Shown: piece after piece, positions 1 to 12,497 of the stretch
Layout: each line of letters opens with the position of its first letter
How positions within the stretch are numbered: the stretch's first letter is position 1
Assembly: GCF_963921235.1 (NCBI RefSeq)
Contig: NC_086097.1
Coordinates: forward strand, 111,974,001-112,038,000
Direction: 5' to 3'
DNA length: 64,000 nt
DNA from: Mobula hypostoma
Lineage: Eukaryota
Made by a program: the position numbers and the translations under genes
Notes under the pieces: model-generated
What the model saw: the letters and a program-made list of their open reading frames with translations, nothing else
Database searches by the model: none
Told to the model about the DNA's origin: nothing

Positions 1-611
1 CATAAAACTATATTAGCTCATACTTATTGATGGAGGAATTAATCCACTGTATGCTGCGTGTTCTTTTGATTGACTGTAAATGAACAAAATCAGCACATTC
101 ACCTACTGCAGATAACAGACAGCCATCATACAATGCTTTCAACAACTGCTTCCTTCAAGTCTTCATTTTCATTGTAATATTCGAGATTATTGTCAATAAC
201 TTCAAATTCTTCTTCGGTCTTACCTTGCTGAAGTAGTCAAATTGTTTCATTTTCACTCCCAGTTATTTGTGGCATCTCTAAGCCTGGAATGCTTGAAACC
301 ACACAGCGAGCAAAACAGCTCTGAATTGTCTTGCTGCTTAGTTCTTGCCAGCTTTCAGTGACAAGAATCACTGCTTTTTGAACACAAACACATACAAATA
401 ACTTCATTTAAAAACTGTTCCCTTTAAGTACTGTGTAATGTCTAATGACCAGCAAGTGAACATGATTGACACTAGTTATTAACTGTTTGGCAATAGTCTC
501 CTGTCCACAGTAAAGTGTGGCTATTTTCTCGATTAGTTTCTGCCCTTTAAGATTTGACCCAATTAAGTGGCTGCCCTCATTAACTGATGGCTCAATTAAC
601 CTGATCGACTA
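1..611. mobile_element. Right part of a Tigger/pogo-like non-autonomous DNA transposon
   Basis: Ends in ...ggctcaattaacctgatcgacta|TA, resembling a degenerate pogo-type TIR, with subterminal caattaa repeats; the left end lies outside the window. Confidence 0.5.
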
Positions 612-1689
612 TAGGGAGCTTTATTCCTCAAAGGGTGACAGGAGCAAAGACCTTTAGTATTTTAATGGCAGAGGGATAGACAGATCTTTGAAAGCTAGGT
701 GTGAAAGATCACTGGGAATGGGCAGGAATGCGGAGTTGAGGTTATAATCAGATTATCCCTGTTCTTATTGAAGGTGAGACAGTGCCATGAGTTGTGTGGT
801 CCACATCTGTGCCTAATTTGTATGTTTGCTTGTGCTTTCCAAGTAACTGCTTACTTCTATCTTCTATTCAGAAACAAAGACACATGCATTGCTTTCTTTC
901 TCCTTATTCTCTTTAATTGCTATTAAATCAATTGATTTATTTACCATGACCCTTTTGAACGAGTAGCTAGAGTTATAGACGATTGTTCCAGAGTTGAGTT
1001 ACAATCACACTGTGGCAGCTGTGGATATAAATAGAAATCCAGACTTAGAAAAACAGAAATTGTCTGAGTAATGGTAGCCACAAAGCCACTGGATTGTCAT
1101 AAAACCCCATGTGGTTCACGAACTTCCTTTATGAAGAAAATATGCCATTCTTACCTGGTCTGATTGATATGTGGCTTAATTCATTTCAAGACCTGTCAAT
1201 GTGGCTAACTCTTATCTGTCTCTCTAGTTGAGCAACAAAAAGAAATATACAATAAAATATTTCTATTTGTGTGGGTCAGTGGCAAAAGAAGTTAAAAGGA
1301 GTTGTAGCATGTGAAAGAGATTACCGGACTGCAGAAAAGTAAGACCACCACTAGTATCCTGTGTGTAATCAATAAGTAACGAGTGCCAACCAAATCCACA
1401 TTCCTGAATGAATAAATAAGAAAGAATAGGGTGAGAAATGCCTGATCTTTCCAAACTGTAATCCCAGTCATTATGGAAGTGTGGGATTACTTTTTGAGTA
1501 TACTTATGTGATGTGCAACAGACCTTGTAGAAGAGTTTATTTCAGGAATATAATTTCTTGACCACATTGTACGAGTGTTTTGAGGTACTGAAGGAGTCTA
1601 GGCTACAGCCTTATTGAGGCTCAGTATGCAGTACGTGGGTAGGAAGAGTGTCCTAATCTTTCATTAAGAATTTTAACAGTTTTACAACT

Positions 1690-1970
1690 AAAGGTCATGG
1701 GTTAAGTGTGAAAGGTGAAAAGTTTAAGGGGAACATGAGGGGAGTCTTCTTCACTCAGGATCGTGAGAGTGTGGAACAAGCTGCCAGCATAAGTGGTGCA
1801 TGCAAGCTCGATTTTGATGGTTAAGAGAAGTTTGGATAGGTGCATGGATGGTAGGGGTATGGAGGGCTATGGTCCTGGTGTAGGTTGATGGAATAGGCAA
1901 TTTAAATGGTTTGGCACAGACGAGGTGGGCTGAAGGGCCTGTTTCTGTGATGTAATTTTCTATGAATCTA
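1690..1970 (+). mobile_element. CR1 LINE 3' end fragment
   Basis: CR1 ORF2 C-terminal remnant, 3'UTR 'gggctgaagggcctgtttct' and ctatga tail; similar to 37100-37410 and 39890-40160. Confidence 0.8.
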
Positions 1971-2074
1971 AATATATTTGTAAGATATATAAAATATATA
2001 AAAACAGGCTCATTTCATGATGTATTTATTAATTTCATTTTCTTTGGATGGCATAATGGCATACCAAGTAAAAC

Positions 2075-2224
2075 TGCTCCCTCACATCTTCAGCAACTTG
2101 GGTTCAATCTGAACATCTGGTGCAGTCTTTGTGGAGTTTACAGACTCTCCATATGACCCTATGTATTTCCACCAGGTGCTCCAGTTCTGTTGCATATTCC
2201 TAAGATTTTTGAGTTGGTAGTCAG
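2075..2224 (+). mobile_element. HE1-like V-SINE 5' part, interrupted by the CR1 (3' part at about 6450-6560)
   Basis: tRNA-like head with B-box-like gggttcaatct and V-SINE core 'gtggagttt...ctcc...tgaccc...ggtgctccagtt'; a CR1-like tail resumes after the LINE. Confidence 0.55.
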
Positions 2225-2378
2225 CCTTATATAGTGGGTAGCGTAGTTTGTGGGCAGTGGAGTGAGCCGGAAGCAGAGTGAAGGCTTAAGGGCTTTGGCT
2301 CAATGGGCTTAGGCAGAAACGGGCGAGGCGAGGAAGGTTTGGTATTCATTTTTTGTTGTTATTTGAGGAGGGGGCAGT

Positions 2379-3321
2379 ATGAGTGTGAGGGCAGTTTGTT
2401 GTTCTCAGTGCCGGATGTGGGAGGTCCTGGTGTCTCCAAGCCTCCTGGACGTCCACATCTGCGCCAGGTGCGCCGAGATGCAGCTCCTAAGGGACCGCGT
2501 TAGGGAATTGGAGCTGCAGCTCGATGACCTTTGTCTGGTCAGGGAGAGTGAGGAGTTGATAGAGAGGAGTTACAGGCAGGTGGTCACACCGGGGCCATGG
2601 GAGGCAGACAAGTGGGTCACAGTTAGGAGGGGGAAGGGGAAGGAGGAAGGGTCAGGTACTAGAGAGTACCCCGGTGGCTGTGCCCCTTGACAATAAGTAC
2701 TCCTGCCTGAGTACTGTTGGGGGGGACAGCTTACCTGGGGGAAGCGACAGTGGCCGTGCCTCCAGCACAGAGTCCGGCCCTGTAGCTCAGAAGGGTAGGC
2801 AAAGGAAGAGGAGGGCAGTAGTAATAGGGGACTCGATAGTAAGGGGGTCAGATAGGCGATTCTGTGGACGCAGTCCAGAGACCCAGATGGTGGTTTGCCT
2901 CCCTGGTGCCAGAGTCCTGGATATTTCTGATCGTGTCCAAGACATCCTGAAGTGGGAAGGTGAGGAGCCAGAGGTCGTGGTACATACAGGTACCAATGAC
3001 ATAGGTAGGAAAAGGGAAGAGGTCCTGAAAGGAGAATATAAGGAGTTAGGAAGGGAGTTGAGAAAAAGGACTGCAAAGGTAATAATCTCGGGATTACTGC
3101 CTGTGCTACGCGACAGTGAGAATAGGAATGCAATGAGGTGGAGGATAAATGCGTGGCTGAGGGATTGGAGCAGGGGGCAGGGATTCAAGTTTTTGGATCA
3201 TTGGGACCTCTTTTGGCACAGGTGTGACCTGTAAAAAAAGGACGGGTTACACTTGAATCCTAGGGGGACCAATATCCTGGCGGGGAGATTTGCGAGAGCT
3301 ACTGAAGTGACTTTAAACTAG
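2379..3321 (+). pseudogene. CR1 ORF1: zinc finger/leucine zipper + SGNH esterase
   Basis: CSQC..CARC, heptad 'LRDRVRELELQLDDL', VIGDSIVRG, HTGTNDI, DGLHLN; one frameshift near 2640-2675, nonsense TAA at 3232, natural TAG at 3319-3321. Confidence 0.9.
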
Positions 3322-6300
3322 AATCGTTGGGGGGTGGGTATCAAATTAAAGGGACTAGGAGAGAGGAGGTTAGTTCACAACAGGGGGATGGGAACAAGTA
3401 CAGAGAGACAGAGGGGTGTAAAATGAGGGTAGAAGCAAAAAGTAGTAAGGTGAAAAGTAAAAGTGTCAGGCCGACAAATCCAGGGCAAAAATCAAAAAGG
3501 GCCACTATTCAACACAATTGTATAAGGGCTAAGAATGTTGTAAAAGCTAGCCTGAAGGCTTTGTGTGTCAATGCAAGGAGCATTCATAACAAGGTGGATG
3601 AATTAAAAGTGCAGATTGTTATTAATGATTATGATATAGTTGGGATCACAGAGACATGGCTCCAGGGTGACCAAGGATGGGAGCTCAACATTCAGGGATA
3701 TTCGATATTCAGGAGGGATAGACATGAAAGAAAAGGAGGTGGGGTGGCGTTGCTGGTTAAAGATAAGATTAACGCAATAGAAAGGAAGGGCATAAGCCGG
3801 GAAGATGTGGAATCGATATGGGTAGAGCTGCATAACACTAAGGGGCAGAAAACGCTGGTGGGAGTTGTGTACAGGCCACCTGACAGTAGTAGTGAGGTTG
3901 GGGATGGCATTAAACAGGAAATTAGAAATGCGTGCAATAAAGGAACAGCAGTCATAATGGGTGACTTCAATCTACATATAGATTGGGTGAACCAAATTGG
4001 TAAGGGTACTGAAGAAGAGGATTTCTTGGAGTATATGCGGGATGGTTTTTTGACCCAACATGTCGAGGAACCAACTAGAGAGCAGGCTATTCTGGACTGG
4101 GTTTTGAGCAATGAGGAAGGGTTAATTAGCAATCTTGTCGTGAGAGGCCCCTTGGGTAAGAGTGACCATAATATGGTGGAATTCTTCATTAAGATGGCGA
4201 GTGACATAGTTAATTCAGAAACAAAGGTTCTGAACTTAAAGAAGGGTAACTTTGAAGGTATGAGACGTGAATTAGCTAAGATAGACTGGCAAATGACACT
4301 TAAAGGGTTGACGGTGGATACGCAATGGCAAGCATTTCAAGATTGCATGGATGAACTACAACAATTGTTCATCCCAGTTTGGCAAAAGAATAAATCAGGG
4401 AAGGTAGTGCAGCCATGGCTGACAAGGGAAATTAGGGATAGTATCAATTCCAAAGAAGAAGCATACAAATTAGCCAGAAAAAGCGGCTCACCTGAGGACT
4501 GGGAGAAATTCAGAGTCCAGCAGAGGAGGACAAAGGGCTTAATTAGAAAAGGGAAAAAAGATTATGAGGGAAAACTGGCAGGGAACATAAAAACTGACTG
4601 TAAAAGCTTTTATAGATATGTGAAAAGAACAAGATTGGTTAAGACAAATGTAAGTCCCCTACAGACAGGAACAGGTGAATTGATTATGGGGAACAAGGAC
4701 ATGGCAGACCAACTGAATAACTACTTTGGTTCTGTCTTCACTAAGGAGGACATAAATAATCTTCCAGAAATAGTAGGGGACAGAGGGTCCATTGAGATGG
4801 AGGAACTGAGGGAAATACATGTTAGTAGGGAAGTGGTGTTAGGTAAATTGAAGGGATTAAAGGCAGATAAATCCCCAGGGCCAGATGGTCTGCATCCCGG
4901 AGTGCTTAAGGAAGTAGCCCAAGAAATAGTGGATGCGTTAGTGATAATTTTTCAAAACTCTTTAGGTTCTGGACTAGTTCCTGAGGATTGGAGAGTGGCT
5001 AATGTAATCCCGCTTTTTAAAGAAGGAGGGAGAGAGAAACCAGGGGATTATAGACCGGTTATCCTAACATCGGTGGTGGGGAAAATGCTAGAGTCAGTTA
5101 TCAAAGATGTGATAACAGCACATTTGGAAAGCGGTGAAATCATCGGACAAAGTCAGCATGGACTTGTGTAAGGAAAATCATGTCTGACGAATCTCATAGA
5201 ATTTTTTGAGGATGTAACTAGTAGAGTGGATAGCGGAGACCCAGTGGATGTGGTATATTTGGATTTTCAAATGGCTTTTGACAAGGTCCCACACAGGAGA
5301 TTAGTGGGGAAACTTAAAGCACACGGTATTGGGGGTAAGGTATTGATGTGGATAGAGAATTGGTTGGCAGACAGGAAGCAAAGAGTGGGAATAAATGGGA
5401 CCTTTTCAGAATGGCAGGCAGTGACTAGTGGGGTACCTCAAGGCTCAGTGCTGGGACCCCAGTTGTTTACAATATATATTAATGACTTAGATGAGGTAAT
5501 TAAATGCAGCATCTCCAAGTTTGCGGATGACACGAAGCTGGGCGGCAGTGTTAGCTGTGAGGAGGATGCTGAGAGTATGCAGGGTGACTTGGATAGGTTA
5601 GGTGAGTGGGCAAATTCATGGCAGATGCAATTTAATGTGGATAAATGTGAGGTTATCCACTTTGGTGGCAAAAACAGGAAAACAGATTATTATCTGAATG
5701 GTGTCCGATTAGGAAAAGGGGAGGTGCAACGAGACCTGGGTGTCATTATACACCAGTCATTGAAAGTGGGCATGCAGGTACAGCAGGCGGTGAAAAAGGC
5801 GAATGGTATGCTGGCATTTATAGCGAGAGGATTCGAGTACAGGAGCAGGGAGGTACTACTGCAGTTGTACAAGGCCTTGGTGAGACCACACCTGGAGTAT
5901 TGTGTGCAGTTTTGGTCCCCGAATCTGAGGAAAGACATTCTTGCCATAGGGGGAGTACAAAGAAGGTTCACCAGATTGATTCCTGGGATGGCAGGACTTT
6001 CATATGATGAAAGACTGGATTGACTAGGCTTATACTCTCTGGAATTTAGAAGATTGAGGGGGGGATCTTATTGAAACGTATAAAATCCTAAAGGGATTGG
6101 ACAGGCTAGATGCAGGAAGATTGTTCCCAATGTTGGGGAAGTCCAGAATGAGGGGTCACAGTTTGAGGATAAAGGGGAACCCTTTTAGGACCGAGATTAG
6201 GAAAAACTTCTTCACATAGAGAGTGGTGAACCTGTGGAATTCTCTGCCACAGGAAACAGTTGAGGCCAGTTATTTGGCTATATTTAAGAGGGAGTTAGAT

Positions 6301-6360
6301 ATGGCCCTTGTGGCTAAAGGGATCAGGGGGTATGGAGGGAAGGCTGGTACAGGGTTCTGA
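3312..6360 (+). pseudogene. CR1 ORF2: AP endonuclease + reverse transcriptase
   Basis: NARS, GITETW, MGDFN, SDH (APE); [12 protein letters not shown] (RT); in-frame stops at 5169 and 6021 and a probable frameshift in the G-run near 6060. Confidence 0.95.
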
Positions 6361-6689
6361 GTTGGATGATCAGCCATGATCATACTGAATGGTGGTGCAG
6401 GCTTGAAGGGCCGAATGGCCTACTCCTGCACCTATTTTCTATGTTTCTTGTGTGGTTGTCCGGGAGAATATGGGGTTTGCAAAATGGAACAGGTATAGCT
6501 GATCACGCTGACTCAGTGGGCCTGAGTACCTGTACCTGCTGCATATCTTTCTGAGTCTTGATCTGAGCTTGAACTTACATTGACTGAATTATAATTTCAG
6601 CCCATCACAAGAGTCACACGGGAAGTAACTTGAAAAATGTGTAGCTTAGGTGGTTGATGGTTAGGTTGACTTGTTCTTCGTTTTTGGTG

Positions 6690-6818
6690 ATCCAGTTGCA
6701 AGTGTTTTCTCACCATACGAGGAGACATCATCTCGTTGTTAACTTGATGAATTTTGAAGACCATAACAGCACATTGATGATGTCTGCTCGTATGGTGACT
6801 AAACATTTGCAAATGGAT
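6690..6818. repeat. Imperfect inverted repeat (43-bp arms, 43-nt spacer), weaker pairing out to about 6625-6870
   Basis: 6690-6732 versus the reverse complement of 6776-6818 match at 38/43 positions. Confidence 0.85.
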
Positions 6819-6939
6819 TTCCACGGTTGGAGAACAGCTCAACCCAAGAGTCACACTTTTTAAATTGCCAAGTTGGTCGACTAAATAGTTTGAAGAAATT
6901 CTTTGTGCTTTTTAATAATTAACAGGAAATAGTGTTATA

Positions 6940-8538
6940 CAGTGGCATGCAAAAGTTGGGGCACCCCTGGTCAAAATTTTTGTTACTGTGAATAGTTAAG
7001 TGAGTAGAAGAAGAACTGATCTCCAAAAGTCATAGAGTTAAAGATGAAATCTTCTTTTCAACATTTTAAACAAGATTAGTGTATTATTTTTGTTTTGTAC
7101 AATTTTAGAGTGGAAAAAAAGGAAAGCAGCACCATGCAAAAGTTTGGGCACCCCGAGAGATTTGAGCTCTCAGATAACTTTGACCAATGTCTCAGACCTT
7201 AATTAGCTTGTTAGGGCTATGGGTTGTTCACAATCATCATTAGGAAAGGCCAGGTGATGCAAATTTCAAAGCTTCATAAATACCCTGACTCCTCAATCCT
7301 TGTCCCAACAATCAGCAAGCATGGGCTCCTCTAAGCAGCTGCCTAGCACTCTGAAAATTAAAATAAATGATGCCCACAAAGCAGGAGAAGGCTATAAGAA
7401 GATAGCAAAGCATTTTCAGGTAGCCATTTCCTCAGTTCATAATGTAATTAAGAAATAGCAGTTAACAGGAATGGTGGAGGTGAAGCTGAGGTCTGGAAGA
7501 CCAAGAAAACTTCCCGAGAGAACTGCTCATAAGATTGCTAGAAAGGCAAATCAACTTCAGGAAGATTTAGCAGACTCTGGAGTGTTGGTGCACTGTTCTA
7601 CTGTGCAGCAACACTTGCACAAATATGAGCTTCATGGAATAGTCATCAGAAGAAGACCTTTCCTGCATCCTCACCACAAAATTCAGTGTCAGAAGTTTGC
7701 AAAGGAACATCTAAACAAGCCTGATGCATTTTGGAAACAAGTCCTGTGGATTGATGAAGTTAAAATAGAACTTTTTGGCTGCAATGAGCAAAGGTATATT
7801 TGGAGAAAAAAGGGTGCAGAACTTCATGAAAAGAACACCTCTCCAACTGTTAAGCATGGGGGTGGTTTGATTATGCTTTGGGCTTGTGTTGCAGCCAGTG
7901 GCAAGGGGAACATTTCACTGGTAGAGGGAAGAATGAATTCAATTAAATATCAGCAAATTCTGGAAGCAAATATCACACCATCTGTAAAAAAGCTGAAGGT
8001 GAAAAGAGGATGGCTTTTACAACAGGATAATGATTCTCAGCACACCTCAAAATCCACAATGGACTACCTCAAGAGGCGCAAGCTGAAGGTTTTGCCATGG
8101 CCCTCACAGTCCCCTGACCTAAACATCATCGAAAATCTGTGGATAGACCTCAAAAGAGCAATGCATGCAAGATGGCCCAAGAATCTCACAGAACTAGCAG
8201 CCTTTTGCAAGGAAGAATGGGCAAAAATCCCCGAAACAAGAATTGAAAGACTCTTAGCTGGCTACAGAAAGCGTTTACAAGCTGTGATACTTGCCAAAGG
8301 GAGTGTTACTAAGTACTGACCATGTAGGGTGCCCAAACTTTTGCTTCGTGCCCTTTTCCTTTTTTGTTATTTTGAAACTGTAAAAGATGGAAATAAAAAG
8401 TAACCTTGCTTAAAATATTAAAGAAATGTGTCATCTTTAACTTTATGCCTTTTGAAAATCAGGTCATCTTTTACTCACTTAGCTATTGATAGTAACAGAA
8501 ATTTTGACCAGGGTTGCCCAATCTTTTGCATGCCACAG
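6940..8538 (+). mobile_element. Tc1-family DNA transposon, IR/DR type, about 1.6 kb
   Basis: TA|CAGTGGCATGCAAAAG ... CTTTTGCATGCCACAG|TA; about 210-bp TIRs with inner direct repeats (catgcaaaagtttgggcaccc near 7133, gggtgcccaaacttttgc near 8327). Confidence 0.97.
7321..8319 (+). pseudogene. Tc1 transposase (DD34E) with one premature stop
   Basis: ATG at 7321 (MGSSKQLPSTLK...), TAG at 7456, GRPRK motif, WIDE / QQDND / SPDLNIIE with 34 residues between the second D and E. Confidence 0.95.
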
Positions 8539-8714
8539 TATATGGTCTTTTAAATTAGCAGTGTTGTGAATGAGCACAAAATGCAGATGTCCACTGATCT
8601 CAAGTGATTTGTAGTCAGTAGTATAACTCCTGTTTTTTAGCAGTGTTCTAGTTCCATGCTGCAATACTTCCAATACAATTGCTTGTCATAATGTATTGCA
8701 AGTGGTTTGTTTAA

Positions 8715-8906
<192 letters not shown>

Positions 8907-9269
8907 TAACATAACAGCCTTTTTGGTAAAGGATAGACCTTCTCTTTCCAAAAACCTCATTTGTCAATGTTTCTGAGCTAGAAATTCCTGTGTTGATTCC
9001 ATTTTCAAGTACCACTGTCAATGTCTGCTAAGAGTTCAAATTTATATCAGTAGTTTTGCTATATTAATCATTTTCTGATGTCTCATCAAAAGAATTTAAT
9101 TGTCAGCAATCCCGTGCCCCTCAGCCTGCTGAGAAGAGAGAAGGTGAAAGGCAGGTGCTGCATCTTTACCTATACCAGTGCTTCCAGGAGGAAGTGGTGG
9201 TGTAGATAGATGTACAGTATGTATAATGTTTATGTTTTCTGAATTATAACCATTATTGTTTCTTAATTT

Positions 9270-9480
9270 ATTGAGACACAGCGCAGAATAGCCCTTCCAA
9301 CACTCTGAGCCACGCCGCCCAGCAACCCCTGACTTAACCCTAGCAATCAGAGGACAATTTAGAATAACCTACCAACCAGTACATCTTTGGATTGTGGAAG
9401 GAAACCAGACAAAACACATGCGGTCACGGGTAAAACGTACAAACTCCCCGCAGACAGTGATGGGAAATCCTTGATGATCC
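9270..9480 (-). mobile_element. HE1-like SINE fragment
   Basis: Reverse complement of the V-SINE core (ggagtttgtacg...cccgtgaccgcatg) and a CR1-like tail. Confidence 0.55.
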
Positions 9481-9826
9481 TTGCTTTCAATAACTGCACA
9501 TTAACTTTAAGTGATATATGTACAAAGGCACTTAGTTGCCTGTGAACACCAGAACATTTCAATTTTTCACCATTAAACAGAACAGTACTTTTCTATTCTC
9601 CAGAGTAGGTCACCTAAGTGACAGCTTATTTGCCACTGCCCCAGTTACTGCATTCTTGGATCAAGAGTCAGCAGTGGTACAGTGGTCTCTGTGGTACAAA
9701 TGCGATTGATACTTCCTCATTAGAACATAGAACATTACAGCACAGTGCTGGCTCTTCCGCCCACAATGTTGTGCTGACTTCATTTGACTGTTGTGATTTT
9801 TATAGGCTCTTTCTGTTTTCAAACAG

Positions 9827-10034
9827 GACTATTTCAGTTAAAACACATCATCAGGCTGTGGATTTCAACATCTTTGAAGGTATGGTCTGCCATGGGGTCC
9901 CTTTGGTTACCATCTCACGAGGAAAGGTGGTGTTTGATCATGGAGTCCTACATGTTGTGCCAGGCGACGGAAAATACATTCCACGGAAGCCATTTGCAGA
10001 ATATGCCTTTAAGCGAATTAGACAACGTGATCAG
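9827..10034 (+). CDS. DPYS: Dihydropyrimidinase coding exon (probably equivalent to human exon 8)
   Basis: ttttcaaacAG acceptor, CAG|GTCAGT donor, 208 bp, phase-compatible with the previous exon; (R)TISVKTHHQAVDFNIFEGMVCHGVPLVTISRGKVVFDHGVLHVVPGDGKYIPRKPFAEYAFKRIRQRDQ. Confidence 0.95.
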
Positions 10035-12370
10035 GTCAGTGATTGTTTCCAAGATTAAAAATGTTGATGCAAGCTGGAAATGAACCCTCACTAAGTAGAA
10101 TATGACACAGCCATTTCCCAGATGTGTAAAATTTCTTCAGCTTGCTCTTTAGGTTTACAATTTTATCTTACTATTACTCACTTTCCAATTTCATCCCTTT
10201 TCACTTTGCATCTTTTGTACTGGTTTAGTACAATTCCCGCTACTTTCCCCATTCCACTTCTCGTCCTTTCATAGAAGGATCAATTCACTTGCGTGTTGCT
10301 TCACTGCCTCTGATTAAAAGCAATTTTGCCTTGTCAGTAAACTTGTAGTGTCCTATTGTATTGCTATTCACCTTGTCTATGTACTGGACAGGGCATAATT
10401 TGCTCTTCTTCACATCCCAGGGAAGGGGTAAATCAGCTTGTGTATTACGTACCTCCTAAATGACATCAGTAATAAAAACCCGGAGTTTATCTTGGGTCAA
10501 ATGTGGTGCCTTCGCTGTTCCATTTCCCTTCAGTATTTGGACTGGAGGGACAGAATGATTAACTTGTTCAGAGGCATGGAATGTAGGCCAAAGCTGGGGA
10601 ATTTAAATTGAAGTATTTTACAAAAAATTGAACATTTAAAAAACACTAGCATTAGTAATGGATTATTGTATAAATCTGAAAAATCCATGTGTTTCACTGG
10701 TATTCCTCAGGAGAAACTGGTGGTGAGCTGCTTTCTTGAACCTCAGCACCCATTTTTGTAAATATGCACTCGCAGTACTGGTTGGTAGGGCGTACCAGAA
10801 CTCAGACCCAGGGACAGGAAAGGAAAGACCACATATTTGTAGGTCATGATATTATGGAGTGGAACAAGCAGTCGTGGTATTCCCATGTGCTCCCAAACCT
10901 TGTCCTCAGAGCTAGAAGTCATGGATTTGGGAGGTAACTTCAAATATGTGTCTGCATTGTTTTGCTATCAAAATTCTGCCTTAATGTGCATGCTTCCCGC
11001 AATCTATCCTGAATATTAGCCTTTATATAGACTGGAAAGGGGAAAATAATGTCTTTGTGCTAGATGAATTAGTAGTTTTCTCTTGAGCAGCACTGATCCC
11101 TTCTGCTTCTTTCAAACAAGATATAAAAGCCAATTGGACAATGATTAGCCAGTAAATTAGGGCAGAGGTTATGTAGGGTATATTACCCTTTCACTTTTGC
11201 GTTTCACTCTTCCTCTGCTTGTTGTGAATGTGCTATTTAATTAAGACTAATTGAGGTCAAAACTGCTTTTGATTTTGCACAATTGACACTGAATAGACAT
11301 CACAGGATGTAATATTAACTCCCCACATTAGATGTATGCTGATCAAAACCAAGCAATGGAGCAGTTAATCTTAGGCCTTCAAATTACTCACTCTGATCCC
11401 ATACCCATACAATACTCCAATTTTAAAAATGCAGGAAGGAGTTTCTGATAGCAGGTGGAGGAAGGGCAGTGGTAAATCAAAGATGTTTTCATTTTTAAGT
11501 TTCTTATGAGGACACCTTAACCTGGGATTCTCCTCTTACATCTCTGCCTATTCAACAATGATGATCTCTAGGTATTTCTGCTCCATAAGATTCCCTCCAG
11601 ATATATGGTGTAGATTTCCACAGGAATATACACCGTGTGTCCAGGGCTCTGGCTTTTTCAATTGCTGACCAGAAAGTGGATCTATCCATGGCATTGGGAA
11701 AAATCCTTTCAACCGGGTCCTGATCATTATGACTCACAGATGTCTTCAACCCCAAACACGCTGGTTGCTTTGAAGTTTCATACACTCACCCATCCCATTC
11801 CACCCCCACCAACCACTTTGAAAGCCAAGCCCTTAAAGGCACCGTGTCCCGCTGCTATGTTTGTGTTGGGAGTGCTTGATTATCTCCATTATTTACATCT
11901 TTCATCGCAATACAACTCTCGTTTCTGTCAAAGGTAACATTGTAACATTGAAACAGAGAGCTGCTAGTCTTCCACTCTCGTTTGTTGCTGGAGTGACCCG
12001 TGAGATACTGAAGTGTTGGGTTGTGGATGGTAGATTTCTGATGGAGTCTAGATCTAGATCAAGGTCTCTTTGGGGGCTTTGCTAACCCTTGGATGGTGGG
12101 GGGGAAGGGGAGGGTTGATGCTTTTGCTGCCGCTTATGCGTGGAAGGGGGTGCTTTAGGGCTCTGATGTTTCTGTCATTCATTCATTGGAGCTTTTTCTG
12201 ATTCGTGGATGTCTGTGAGGAGGAAGAATTTCAGGTTGTATACTGTATACATTCTCTGATATTAGATTGACCCATTGACTCTCTTTTCCATCAAAGCTAA
12301 CTTTTAAAATAGCAGTAATTCTACTCCCATTGATGGGTAACCATGTTAACCATTGTTTTTAAAAAAACAG

Positions 12371-12418
12371 GTTTGCCAGCCCAAGCCAGTACAGAGAGAG
12401 CCCTACATGGGTGAATGA
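12371..12418 (+). CDS. DPYS: Dihydropyrimidinase last coding exon (probably equivalent to human exon 9), ends in TGA
   Basis: aaacAG acceptor in phase 0; VCQPKPVQREPYMGE* matches the DPYS C-terminal CxPxPVxRxPYxGE motif; AATAAA at 12492-12497. Confidence 0.85.
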   Translation, partial: VCQPKPVQREPYMGE

Positions 12419-12491
12419 GCACCACTGCCCTGTAAAGACAAAGAGACATGAATACACCAAAGATTTTCCTGTCTGAAATATATCATCTGTT

Positions 12492-12497
12492 AATAAA
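12492..12497 (+). promoter_or_regulatory. Candidate polyadenylation signal for DPYS
   Basis: First AATAAA after the DPYS stop codon; a longer or spliced 3'UTR cannot be excluded. Confidence 0.35.

Larger units (their letters stand above)
2225..6448 (+). mobile_element. Near full-length CR1 LINE within a DPYS intron (inactivated)
   Basis: 5'UTR, ORF1, ORF2 (APE + RT), 3'UTR and tttctatgtttct tail; only a few nonsense or frameshift lesions. Confidence 0.95.

Noticed and set aside
2570..5971. Several minus-strand ORFs (187, 133, 171, 93 aa)
   Set aside because: Antisense shadows of CR1 ORF1/ORF2; the same holds for shadows over other CR1, Gypsy and RLE elements.
9618..10058. 146-aa ORF as a standalone gene
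   Set aside because: Only 9827-10034 is coding (a DPYS exon with splice sites); the flanks are intron read-through.
11552..11937. Overlapping 77- and 100-aa ORFs in a DPYS intron
   Set aside because: No clear homology; 'DRSTFWSAIEKA' hints at an RTE-like relic but is too weak to call.
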